Virus record (IMG/VR): IMGVR_UViG_3300037067_015039
Location: 45,213 to 109,212 of that record
Source of the DNA: a virus
Taxonomy: Duplodnaviria; Caudoviricetes
Length of the DNA stretch: 64,000 nucleotides
Strand: one strand, 5' to 3'
The translations under genes and the position numbers were made by a program. The notes under the pieces were generated by a model that saw only the letters and a program-made list of their open reading frames with translations, did not search any database and had not been told where the DNA came from. Positions 29,331 to 38,748 of the stretch are shown in pieces. The stretch's first letter is position 1. The number at the start of each line of letters is the position of its first letter.

Positions 29331-30011
29331 CTATTCGTCAGGATCGGGAATGACATCTTCATCTTCTTCTTCGGGGATGTCATCAACAGAGGCAGTCTCT
29401 TCTTCCACCGGGGTTGCCTCAGCGTCAATAATCGTTTCATTATTTTGGGGGATTTGAGCTTGAGTATTCGCAGCATTCATTTTATCCATTACGGCTCGAA
29501 GAAGATCTTCAGAACTCCTGATCCCGGACTGCTGGCGGGATTCGCCTCCACCAATATTCAAACTCTGCTGGTTGACGCTGACGTTAATGGCTCCCGGCTT
29601 CTCCGTCATTCCAACCGCCTCGCGGTATTCTTTCAATGGACTCGTGGGTGTCAGCCCGGCCGCCAGGAATTGTTCGGCTTTAATGTCCAAGGCTTCGCCC
29701 AAGAGGCGCCGATATTTCTGACCCTCGGCGCGTTGGATCAGAAGACGGTTTCGATCATTTTCATGAGCAATAAGAGTTCTGGTGGGGTGAAGGCTCTTGA
29801 CATGCTGGAGGTCACACTCAATGTCCGTAAGGTTGCATTCTTCACCATTCCGATTAAGAAATGCGACGATTTCCTCTTCCGTGAATCCGGAAATGTAATG
29901 GTTGTAGACCGTGACCGCCCGATCGTGCGAAGGGTAGTCGCTTTTAGCGCCTCGCTTTATATGCGGCGGGACATCGCTTTTGGTGATGGCCCATTCGAAA
30001 CCCTGTTTCAT
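29331..30011 (-). CDS. hypothetical protein, possibly terminase small subunit-like
   Basis: N-terminal HTH-like segment, helical middle, NVSVNQQ strand and acidic IIDAE tail; architecture only. Confidence 0.35.
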   Translation of the reverse strand: MKQGFEWAITKSDVPPHIKRGAKSDYPSHDRAVTVYNHYISGFTEEEIVAFLNRNGEECNLTDIECDLQHVKSLHPTRTLIAHENDRNRLLIQRAEGQKYRRLLGEALDIKAEQFLAAGLTPTSPLKEYREAVGMTEKPGAINVSVNQQSLNIGGGESRQQSGIRSSEDLLRAVMDKMNAANTQAQIPQNNETIIDAEATPVEEETASVDDIPEEEDEDVIPDPDE

Positions 30012-30125
30012 AATAGCCTCATTCTATAACAAAAGGGTCGTTATGCAAAAAGAAACCTTAGAAATGATCGTTCAGTATAAAAAAGCCATTGCCCTGGTTG
30101 AGGGCTGGTTGAAAGCCCAAAAACG

Positions 30126-30713
30126 ATGAGCCACCTATTTCTCGATGAAGCAAAAATCCATATCCTCCTGGAGTCTGCTAAAGAGAATCTTCGGGACTAT
30201 GCGCTGCTCCACATGGCGGCAAGCACAGCTTTGCGAGGATCCGACCTTCTCAGAATCACTCTCGAAGACATGGTGGATAGAAACGGCGAAATCATCCGGT
30301 TGCTCCGGTTAAAAATGAAGAAGACCGCCCAATGGATCGAACGGCCGCTTCGGGATGACTGCCGGCAAGCTGTTTATACCTGGATCAATAGCCGAAGAGA
30401 CAAAAACCCTTATCTCTTCATTTGCCTTGGGAATGAAGGGAAGAAAAGAAGAACACCATTATCCAGGATGGGGTACGATAAAATTATTAAAAAATATCTG
30501 TCAATGCAGTATCACGAATCCGTCTTGCAGGGATGTTCCACTCATACCCTGCGGAGATCCGTGGCGAAGCTGGTCTATAAGAAGACCGGCGAAATTGCGG
30601 CGGCTCAATCGCTCCTTGGACACAGTTCTCCTATCAATACCATCAAATATATCGATCCAAGTGAGATTAGAGAAAAAGCGAATAAAGTGGTTTTGGAAGA
30701 TCTGAAATGGTGA
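30126..30713 (+). CDS. tyrosine recombinase, catalytic domain only
   Basis: ALRGSDLL (R), KKT (K), HTLRR (HxxR), LLGH and TIKY (Y). Confidence 0.92.
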   Translation: MSHLFLDEAKIHILLESAKENLRDYALLHMAASTALRGSDLLRITLEDMVDRNGEIIRLLRLKMKKTAQWIERPLRDDCRQAVYTWINSRRDKNPYLFICLGNEGKKRRTPLSRMGYDKIIKKYLSMQYHESVLQGCSTHTLRRSVAKLVYKKTGEIAAAQSLLGHSSPINTIKYIDPSEIREKANKVVLEDLKW

Positions 30714-30718
30714 AATCC

Positions 30719-30747
30719 TTGCAATTTCAAAAGACAGGTTTTATATT
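30719..30747 (+). promoter_or_regulatory. sigma70-like promoter for the tRNA-like gene
   Basis: TTGCAA-17-TATATT; predicted +1 near 30754. Confidence 0.6.
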
Positions 30748-30753
30748 ATCGTT

Positions 30754-30821
30754 TGCGGGTGATCTGAGATCAATTGAGACTCATAATCTCGAAAAGCAGG
30801 GTTTGATTCCCTGACCCGCCA
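30754..30821 (+). tRNA. tRNA(CAT) (Met/Ile2/fMet-like) with reduced D arm
   Basis: Acceptor gcgggt/acccgc; anticodon arm tgaga-ctCATaa-tctcg; T arm caggg-tttgatt-ccctg; D arm gatc-tga-gatc. Confidence 0.7.
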
Positions 30822-30916
30822 TTGAGACTCTTGACACATTAATCAATATCCGGTTAGAATCATTTTGCTTGGTTTCTCTCGGGGGGTTCGCTTGATCGGG
30901 GCAGCCCCCCATTCCT

Positions 30917-31126
30917 TTATCTGCCAGTCAATTCAAAAAATATCCCAATAAAACCTCGAGACATAGCCCAGGATTGAGCAGCCGAGAATCCATTGTTTTT
31001 AAGTATTCGTCTGATTTTATGACGAGGATAGGTGTTTGCGTAGTAACGGGCAATTTGGGTTTTTCTTCGTCCAAGATGACGAACCTTTGCCGCGCCTTTT
31101 TTGGGTTTTTTCGAGAGATCTCCCAT
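30917..31126 (-). CDS. small basic hypothetical protein
   Basis: AAGGAG RBS. Confidence 0.55.
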   Translation of the reverse strand: MGDLSKKPKKGAAKVRHLGRRKTQIARYYANTYPRHKIRRILKNNGFSAAQSWAMSRGFIGIFFELTGR

Positions 31127-31459
31127 GATTTAAGCTCCTTTGAAAATCTAAAGTGCTGTAGTCATGGAAGACCTCCCTTGTGCCTGAGTGATGTCGAATG
31201 ATCACCATAAATAACTAAGAGACGCTTCCATAATAATATTTTTATTCCTGGTGTCAACCGAATTTTGTTATACTCCCGGAAATGGCCAAGCGTTGCGATC
31301 ACAACGAAAACTATGTATGTCAAGCTTGCGGCGAGTGCTATCCATGCCAGCATACTCAGGAAGAGTTTAATGGTTATATTTGGTGGAAGTGTCGATTTGA
31401 GAACCGAGTTCATAGAACCAATTGTATGGGTAAAATAATCGAATGGGTGGGAAACAACA

Positions 31460-32572
31460 ATGGACGGATTAAATAAAATCTATTACCTCATTGGCACGAC
31501 AGCCACCGGGAAAACAACAACAGCTAAAAAACTTGCTAAACTTCTAAATGCGGTGCTTATCGAATCCGACCTGGTTTATAGAGAGCTGGACATCAGATTT
31601 GATAAGCTAATCGGTCCTCAGCGACCGGCAACAGTGGATCCGGACAGCTTCGCAAAGCTTTCGCCTCAAGCTCAATTATTCTACCACCAAGCTCAAAAAG
31701 ACATTTATCGTGAACTCTTCGACCTTGGGCTGAAAGAAAATCCTGGCGCTACCTGTATTCTTGTCGAAGGCGCTTGTTGCAGCCTTTTATCCGATCGAGC
31801 TGCACTGCTTTCAATTACAGGGTGGCTCACACGCGAAGTATTCCTTCTTCTGGATCTACCATTCAATCAGTGGCTGGAATTCCTTGCCCAAAAGACCGGA
31901 GAAAATATAAGGGTACTCTTAGAAAACCAAACTTTATGGATGGGACAATATGAGCGATTCAGAGCCAAAATTGTTATTCCTCCTGAAACATTACGGTTCT
32001 GTCACCCTGATTTGACCCTTCTTCCAGAGCCAAGTATTTATCAGAGGGCCGGGCTAACAGACGAAAAATGGAAGCTTTTTGATATGCCGGCCAGCATCGA
32101 AGGATGCACAGTAGCAGACTTGGGATGTAATGAAGGAATGATCGGTAAGTTTTGCTTGGATAGGGGCGCAAAACAGGTTTTAGGAATCGATGTGAATTGG
32201 AGGTTATTAGACAAAGCCCGGGATAAAGGAATCAAGGTTATGCTTTATGACCTTAATAATCCTTTTTCGCACCTTGGGCAATTCGATTATATCTTTTCTC
32301 TCTCAATGATCCATTACATTCGTGATATGGAATTATTCATCAGAACCATTTCATACTTAACCCGTAAAGAATTTATCCTCGAGGCGCCGATCGCGCAGAA
32401 CGGGCAGGATTACGAAGAAAAACCAGGATCATTCTGCGGGAGAGCGGCGTCCAAGGATTTAATAGAGAAATGGCTTCATGCTTATTTTGCTGACGTCAAA
32501 TATATTGGAGAGTCAATATCTCCTGATGCTTATACAAAAAGAGCGATCTGGAAGGCGACCCCATGTCTATAA
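31460..32572 (+). CDS. P-loop kinase + class I SAM methyltransferase fusion
   Basis: GTTATGKTT Walker A; VADLGCNEG...VLGID...FDYIF.LSMIHY. Confidence 0.85.
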   Translation: MDGLNKIYYLIGTTATGKTTTAKKLAKLLNAVLIESDLVYRELDIRFDKLIGPQRPATVDPDSFAKLSPQAQLFYHQAQKDIYRELFDLGLKENPGATCILVEGACCSLLSDRAALLSITGWLTREVFLLLDLPFNQWLEFLAQKTGENIRVLLENQTLWMGQYERFRAKIVIPPETLRFCHPDLTLLPEPSIYQRAGLTDEKWKLFDMPASIEGCTVADLGCNEGMIGKFCLDRGAKQVLGIDVNWRLLDKARDKGIKVMLYDLNNPFSHLGQFDYIFSLSMIHYIRDMELFIRTISYLTRKEFILEAPIAQNGQDYEEKPGSFCGRAASKDLIEKWLHAYFADVKYIGESISPDAYTKRAIWKATPCL

Positions 32573-33189
32573 GAGAATCCTGGATTAAAGAACTTCCATC
32601 TGAGATTAAATTTTGGGAAGATTGGCTTGGAAAACGAAAAAGCCTGGCTGTTGCTAAATATTATCATGAGCTGATTAACGTCGATCTGATTAAAAAAATC
32701 ATAACTGACATTGAAGAACCTGTGAAGATTTTAGATGTGGGACCAGGCGTAAGTTCTTTCCTTTCCTACATCGATTTTGGGAAAAAGATCGAACTCTATT
32801 CGATTGACGCATTAGCCGACGAATATACAAAACTCTGCCAGAATATTGACCGTATCGACATCCCAATCCAATGCGAAGCTGAGTATATGGATATCCTTTG
32901 GCCGGATGGATTTTTTGATTTCATCCATATCAGAAATTCTCTGGATCACTGCTTTGACCCAATAATGATTTTGCAGAAAGCTTTACTTTTGCTCAAAAAA
33001 ACCGGCACACTCTATCTCGGGCATGTTCCAAATGTGAAACGATGCTCCGGATATACGGGTCTCCATTTTTGGGATATTGACGCCATTGATGGACAACTCA
33101 CAATAGATGGTCAGCCAGTCGGTCTTGATTGCGAGATAAAACTCCTGCCGCGGCGGAATATTTTGGTTGAATTTCTTTTAAATAAATGA
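32563..33189 (+). CDS. class I SAM-dependent methyltransferase
   Basis: ILDVGPG...FDFIHIRNSLDHC. Confidence 0.8.
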   Translation: MSIRESWIKELPSEIKFWEDWLGKRKSLAVAKYYHELINVDLIKKIITDIEEPVKILDVGPGVSSFLSYIDFGKKIELYSIDALADEYTKLCQNIDRIDIPIQCEAEYMDILWPDGFFDFIHIRNSLDHCFDPIMILQKALLLLKKTGTLYLGHVPNVKRCSGYTGLHFWDIDAIDGQLTIDGQPVGLDCEIKLLPRRNILVEFLLNK

Positions 33190-33195
33190 GGTTTT

Positions 33196-33723
33196 ATGTA
33201 TCCGGAAGTGCAACCGTCTTACGACTTGAGACTTAAGCTGGTTCCTGAATATCTTACCGTTCTTAATGTTGGCATTGGCAAAATCATTCCGAGCCTCTTG
33301 GCTAGGCAGTTGCCCTTGCTGCCTTTTAAAAGGCTTGATCATTTGGAATGCTATGAACCATATATTGACCTCGCTAAAACCTTTGAATGGGCCTGCAAAG
33401 ATGTAAGATACATTTTAGGCAATGCTGAAGAATTCACTGGGTACGCTGATTATGACCTAGTTCTACTGTTTGATGTCCTCGAGCATATGAAAAAAGAGGA
33501 AGGAATACGAATCCTTGAGCGATGTCCTCATGCCCTTGTCTTCGGACCTGTCGATACTATGATATCCGAAGCTCATGAAGAAAACCCTGAAGGCGATCCC
33601 CATGCCAGGCATATCAGTTTATGGGAGCCTGCTGATTTTGGAATCGGTTGGGAGGTTGAAGTCCTCAAGGATTTTCACGACTTTGGATGGAGGAAAATGG
33701 ATGCCTTATGGGCAATGAAATGA
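33196..33723 (+). CDS. class I SAM-dependent methyltransferase
   Basis: VLNVGIG...YDLVLLFDVLEHM...HISLW. Confidence 0.75.
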   Translation: MYPEVQPSYDLRLKLVPEYLTVLNVGIGKIIPSLLARQLPLLPFKRLDHLECYEPYIDLAKTFEWACKDVRYILGNAEEFTGYADYDLVLLFDVLEHMKKEEGIRILERCPHALVFGPVDTMISEAHEENPEGDPHARHISLWEPADFGIGWEVEVLKDFHDFGWRKMDALWAMK

Positions 33724-35510
33724 TTAGCGTTGTCATCCCGATCTTTGATCGGACTTGGATGCTTCGAGAATCAATTGAATCAATTCTTTCTCAAACTCAC
33801 CAGAACTTTGAACTCATTCTCGTAACAGACGGTTCTCCAGCAGATACCCTCGAAGTAGTAAAACAATACGAAAAGCACCCAAAAATCAGGGCATTCTACT
33901 ACCCAACTAATAGTGGGTCCCCTTGTCGCGGTCGCAATAAAGGAATCCTGGAGGCTAGAGGGGAATATATCGCCTTCCAAGACAGTGACGATATTGCGAC
34001 TCCACGGCGCCTGGAAATCTCACTTAGGGAAGCAAAGGCTCACCAGGCTGACGTTGTATATGGAAACTGGCGATCTAAAGTAGACCATCCAGGACATCAG
34101 TCAGGGATAGCTGATGGAACAGAAGTTCATTGTCCTCCGTTGCGCCCTGGGTTGCTGAAGGAAATGAATGTACTTTGTCAGGGAACCGTCATGGTTCGCA
34201 GAAAAATACTTATTCAAGCTGGCGGGGTAAACTCCAAGTTTGGTTATCTCGAAGACTGGGAACTCTGGTTAAGACTTGAATATTGCGGCGCCCGATTTAT
34301 AGCGGTTCCAGAAGTACTTACAAACCTAAGATTGCACGATTCTAATAGCGAATCCATAAAATGCAAAGAGATCGAGAAGTGGAAAACCTTAATGTTTCAG
34401 GAATATGACAAACTACCGAGGTTCCCAATGAAAATTGCCTACTTGCTACCAGGAACAGGTATTAGCGGAGGAGTCGGCGTTATCCTCCAGCATACAAACA
34501 GGCTCATGGAAAGAGGCCATGAGGTCATACTTATATTAACGTCAGGTCAGGACTCTTGGGATCTTTCCTGGTTTCCCAATAATAAAGTTCCAGTGCTTTC
34601 TTACCACACCCCTTATCAATATCGTTTCCATAACATTGATCATCTGGTCGCCACCGGCTGGCAAACCGTAGAGTATTTATGCAGGATTGATGCAAAGAAT
34701 AAGTATTATTTTGTCCAATCCGATGAAAGAAGATTCAGCGAAGATCTTGAATTTAAATCTGTCGTCGACAAAACTTACCGATCCCCAGTCAATTACATAA
34801 CCGAAGCAATTTGGATCCAGAAATGGTTGGCAAGTGAATACGGTCATTATGCCACATGGGTCCCAAATGGTCTGGATATAAATATATTTCACCCTGTACA
34901 AGTGCAGCCACATCGCCCTAGAGTCCTCATTGAAGGTCCAATATCTATTCCCTTTAAAGGTGTGGCTGATTGCATTAAAGCTATTGCCGGCATCGGCTGC
35001 GAAGTATGGATGGTTAGTAATGCAGGAACCCCTGACCCTTCCTGGAAAATTGATAAGTTTTTCTCTAAAGTCCCTATGGATAAAATGAGAGAAATTTATT
35101 CAGATTGCGATGTTCTGCTAAAAATGAGCCAAGTTGAGGGGTTTTTTGGGCCTCCAATGGAAGCTATGGCCTGCGGTTGTGCTGTAGTTTGCTCGAAAGT
35201 CACAGGCTATTCTGAATATATCGATCATGAAAAGAATGCTTTAGTTGTCGAATCAGGAGATATTGCAGGGGCTCGGGCGGCCGTTGTGAAAATACTTGCT
35301 GATCCTTTTTTAAAAAACAGTCTGGTGCTTAATGGCTATAATACTGTAAAACAATGGCCTTGGGCGCCTTCTATTGACCGACTTGAATACCTCTTTGGAT
35401 CAACTCAATGTACGGAATTGTCATTCCAAACCGATATAGCGAAATTATCAAACCTCTCATTACCAGTATTGATGAGCTTATTCCAAGACCTTTGCCAGTC
35501 ACTTTCTTAA
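33720..35510 (+). CDS. GT2 + GT4 glycosyltransferase fusion
   Basis: ISVVIP...DGS...RNKGI..ARGEYIAFQDSDD...EDWELWLR; then ISGGV...EGFFGPPMEAMACG. Confidence 0.9.
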   Translation: MISVVIPIFDRTWMLRESIESILSQTHQNFELILVTDGSPADTLEVVKQYEKHPKIRAFYYPTNSGSPCRGRNKGILEARGEYIAFQDSDDIATPRRLEISLREAKAHQADVVYGNWRSKVDHPGHQSGIADGTEVHCPPLRPGLLKEMNVLCQGTVMVRRKILIQAGGVNSKFGYLEDWELWLRLEYCGARFIAVPEVLTNLRLHDSNSESIKCKEIEKWKTLMFQEYDKLPRFPMKIAYLLPGTGISGGVGVILQHTNRLMERGHEVILILTSGQDSWDLSWFPNNKVPVLSYHTPYQYRFHNIDHLVATGWQTVEYLCRIDAKNKYYFVQSDERRFSEDLEFKSVVDKTYRSPVNYITEAIWIQKWLASEYGHYATWVPNGLDINIFHPVQVQPHRPRVLIEGPISIPFKGVADCIKAIAGIGCEVWMVSNAGTPDPSWKIDKFFSKVPMDKMREIYSDCDVLLKMSQVEGFFGPPMEAMACGCAVVCSKVTGYSEYIDHEKNALVVESGDIAGARAAVVKILADPFLKNSLVLNGYNTVKQWPWAPSIDRLEYLFGSTQCTELSFQTDIAKLSNLSLPVLMSLFQDLCQSLS

Positions 35511-36085
35511 TTGCCGATGGGCACGATCGCCAATATAGCGGAATAACCACCTTGCTTTACAAGGACCCTTTGTTCGTCTTTGCTAAAGCAGTGAATATGG
35601 GGATTAAAGCTCTTCTCACTAAAGATGTCATTCTTGTCAACGATGACTGCCAGGTAATTCAGCCGGATTTCTTCCGAAAACTTGCCACTTATGCGGCTTT
35701 CCACCCGGATATTGGCATACTCAGCTCTTTAATTAGAGGGAAAGTCGGTAACGATCTTCAAAGATGGACCCCAAAAACACGTGAATGCCTCTTTGAATAT
35801 GAGAATGCCATTGGGATCTGCTTCCCATGCGTCTTCCTTCGTCGCAAAATGATTAACCAGATTGGCCTTTTAAACGAGGGGTTTGTCGATTATGGCGGTG
35901 AAGATACTGAATACTGCACTCGCGCCCGGGCGGCCGGCTGGAGAACTGCGGTTGTGACAAATCTTGTCATCCAACACGGAGACGACGCATCCCCTCTATC
36001 GCCATCTTTCAATAAGCGCTGGTGGCGCCGAGGAAAACCAACCGATCAGGAGATCGAACTCTATTTCATGCGTAATAAGTTGTAA
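35408..36085 (+). CDS. GT2-family glycosyltransferase
   Basis: FAKAVNMGI...LVNDD...IGLLNEGF..YGGEDTEYC.RA. Confidence 0.85.
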   Translation: MYGIVIPNRYSEIIKPLITSIDELIPRPLPVTFLIADGHDRQYSGITTLLYKDPLFVFAKAVNMGIKALLTKDVILVNDDCQVIQPDFFRKLATYAAFHPDIGILSSLIRGKVGNDLQRWTPKTRECLFEYENAIGICFPCVFLRRKMINQIGLLNEGFVDYGGEDTEYCTRARAAGWRTAVVTNLVIQHGDDASPLSPSFNKRWWRRGKPTDQEIELYFMRNKL

Positions 36086-36252
36086 ACCGGGTTTACTTTT
36101 TACAACTTATTACATCCAACTTTCACTTTTTTTACTCTCGTGTAATGCCCCAGGATCAACGAACTCCCCTTATGAGCTATCTCGGTATCCATTAAAACAA
36201 GATAATTAGGCAGATCTGGCATCCGCAAGCGCCATTGGATGTTTTAATTATG

Positions 36253-36642
36253 TCAGGATCCCTTAATTTCAGAAAAAAGAGAAGCCTGGCTTTTTATCTT
36301 CTCTTTTTTCTGAATAAGCTTGTCGCTTATAATGCGGTTTTGTTCTCTTAGGCGGTTTCTTGATGCTGCCATTCTTTGAAATTCCAGGCGTTCCTGGGCG
36401 GCATCATAAAGCCATTTACTAAATAAGCCCGGGATTCTTTCAATTGCCTTTTCCATATCTCGCCGCCTGCCGATTCTGGTTTTAACATTCCCATTACAAA
36501 AGCAACCGGGATCATACCCTAGAGAGCCATCACGGAAGAAAAAGAATCCCCGCACCCAATTACATCTAGGGCATTTATGCACCTCAAGCTTATAGCCAGT
36601 AGAATAGGCTCTTTTCAGTTTTTCATAATCTTCATCTGTCAT
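36253..36642 (-). CDS. hypothetical protein
   Basis: Start MTDEDY overlaps the DnaB stop; GGAG RBS. Confidence 0.5.
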   Translation of the reverse strand: MTDEDYEKLKRAYSTGYKLEVHKCPRCNWVRGFFFFRDGSLGYDPGCFCNGNVKTRIGRRRDMEKAIERIPGLFSKWLYDAAQERLEFQRMAASRNRLREQNRIISDKLIQKKEKIKSQASLFSEIKGS

Positions 36643-37981
36643 ACCATTTCTCCGGACTTTCAGGGGAGTCCTGATATAGATCATCGAAAGATGTATATTC
36701 TCCGATGTAAGCCATTTGGAAGCTTCCAGTTGCGCCACTTCGTTGTTTGCCGATGATTACTTCTGCTGATCCTTGGGTTTCCTCCTGATTTTCTGCGGGT
36801 CGATGGAGAAGAACAACTAAGTCAGCATCTTGTTCGATCTGACCGGATTGCCGGAGATCTGAAATTTTTGGACTGGAGTCCTTGCGATTTTCAGTACCAC
36901 GATTAAGCTGAGCGGCTGCCACGACAGCAATATCCATGGATTTGGCCATACCTTTCAGACTCATGGAAATGTTGCTGATTTTCTCAACATCATTGCGGCT
37001 TTGTAGATGTTTTGGTGGAGCAATAAGCTGTAAATAATCAATCAAAATAATTGGGATAGTGCTTCGCAGGCGCCGAACCCGGGAGCGCATATCGGCAACC
37101 GTCAAAGAAGAACTATCATCAATCCAGATCGGCATTTGGGCTAGAGCACCGGCTGCTCTAGCAATTTTATTCCAATCCTCTTTGTTCAGATAACCAGTAT
37201 TTAACCTGACAAGAGAAACTCTTCCTAATTCTGCAATCATCCGCATAATTAACTGCGGCGCCGCCATTTCCAGGGAAAAGACAGCCTGGTGGATTCCTTT
37301 AGCTCCCATACGACGGCACATCCCCATAAGTAGCGAAGTTTTGCCGGAACCAGGTCTACCGGCAATAATATTTAATTCTTTTTTCTGGAAACCGCGGTGA
37401 ACAATACGATCAAAATCAGCATAACCTGTATGGAATCCTCCAGATTCCTTCCGATCGCTGATTTCCTCGATCGTTTTATAGGTTTGACTGACAATTTCTG
37501 AAATATGGACTAATCCAGATTTGCGATTTATTCTCCCCAATTCCTCGTCAATTCCAGAAAAGGTGTCCGATATGATCTCTGTGAATTTTTCCTGAGCGTC
37601 ATAACATCTGCCCATCAAATCACTGCCGATTCTAATGCCTTGCCGCAGAGCTCTATATTCTCGGAGTATGTCTATATACTGCTGTGACAGAGCTTCATGA
37701 TAATTTGGAAACCAATCGGTAAGGCTGGCCAGGTAAGCGGCTCCCCCACAAGCATTCAACTCGTTATTTTGAACCAATTTATCTTTTACTGTTATGAGAT
37801 CAGGTCCGGTCCCCTCATCAACTAGATCCTTAATGGCTTTCCAAATTCTTCGGTTTGACTCCAAATAAAAGTCATCAGCTTCGAGATCAGCCTCCAGCCG
37901 ACCGTTCGCAAGGGTATATCCCAAAACAAATCGTTCAACTTCCAAGTTAGTTGGAATTGTCTTTTCAAGAGATATATCCAT
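36632..37981 (-). CDS. dnaB: replicative DNA helicase DnaB
   Basis: IIAGRPGSGKT, FSLEM, IDYLQL, AQLNR, SDLRQSGQIEQDAD, KQRSG. Confidence 0.97.
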   Translation of the reverse strand: MDISLEKTIPTNLEVERFVLGYTLANGRLEADLEADDFYLESNRRIWKAIKDLVDEGTGPDLITVKDKLVQNNELNACGGAAYLASLTDWFPNYHEALSQQYIDILREYRALRQGIRIGSDLMGRCYDAQEKFTEIISDTFSGIDEELGRINRKSGLVHISEIVSQTYKTIEEISDRKESGGFHTGYADFDRIVHRGFQKKELNIIAGRPGSGKTSLLMGMCRRMGAKGIHQAVFSLEMAAPQLIMRMIAELGRVSLVRLNTGYLNKEDWNKIARAAGALAQMPIWIDDSSSLTVADMRSRVRRLRSTIPIILIDYLQLIAPPKHLQSRNDVEKISNISMSLKGMAKSMDIAVVAAAQLNRGTENRKDSSPKISDLRQSGQIEQDADLVVLLHRPAENQEETQGSAEVIIGKQRSGATGSFQMAYIGEYTSFDDLYQDSPESPEKWYDR

Positions 37982-38748
37982 TAGCGTTCTCCTACAACGT
38001 CGCAGATTTCTTCCAGTCGTCGCGTAAGAGCTTCGCCATAAGATTCTCGGAATAATTCCAAATTATAATTTGTCGCTAAGCTGAGACGAACAATATCCGG
38101 ATTCATATAGCAGAAATCTATGACTTCGAAAAATTTAGAGAAAGAATACTCTGTATCGCCTAACTTGCCACATTCATCAATAAACAAATGCGCCGGGCTT
38201 TGGCTGTTATTTTTTTCAAAATCAGAGACGCTGAAGCCTTCAAGGCAGTTTGGATTGAATTCATCCAATTTCATTTTACGGATCATTTCCGAGCACGTCA
38301 TATAAAGCGCATTCCGGCCGGCATAAACAGCTTCCTTGTAAAGCGCCCACATAAGATAGGTTTTACCAGTGGAAGTTGCTCCACAGAAAAAATAACCTCC
38401 AAGAGGATTTTTATTTAAGGCTTTAATAATTTCCGTCTGAAGCTTTACATCCAGCGTAACAAACTTGCTTGGTTTTATATCTTTAAGCCTTGGCTCTATT
38501 CGATATCTTCCAGGAACAAATTTTTCAATCACTTTTTCCACTCTCTGGAATTCCCGGCACCAGCAAGCCCGGCACCTGGTCCTTTCCGGGTTCCAAATCA
38601 CTCCCTCGTCCTGACACTTTTCGCATTTTGGCGGGGGTGATGGCAAAAGAAGTTCCGGATGTTCCGCCCAATTCTTTTCCATCCTTTCCCGGATACTCGC
38701 CAGAACCTCCTCGATTTTTCCGTTTACGGGCTTCAGTTCGTTCGTCAT
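37981..38748 (-). CDS. DnaC/IstB-like AAA+ helicase loader
   Basis: CEKC...CRAC.C Zn site, GATSTGKT, LFIDECG, ATN...RRLEE; start moved to MTNELK (GGAG RBS). Confidence 0.8.
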   Translation of the reverse strand: MTNELKPVNGKIEEVLASIRERMEKNWAEHPELLLPSPPPKCEKCQDEGVIWNPERTRCRACWCREFQRVEKVIEKFVPGRYRIEPRLKDIKPSKFVTLDVKLQTEIIKALNKNPLGGYFFCGATSTGKTYLMWALYKEAVYAGRNALYMTCSEMIRKMKLDEFNPNCLEGFSVSDFEKNNSQSPAHLFIDECGKLGDTEYSFSKFFEVIDFCYMNPDIVRLSLATNYNLELFRESYGEALTRRLEEICDVVGER

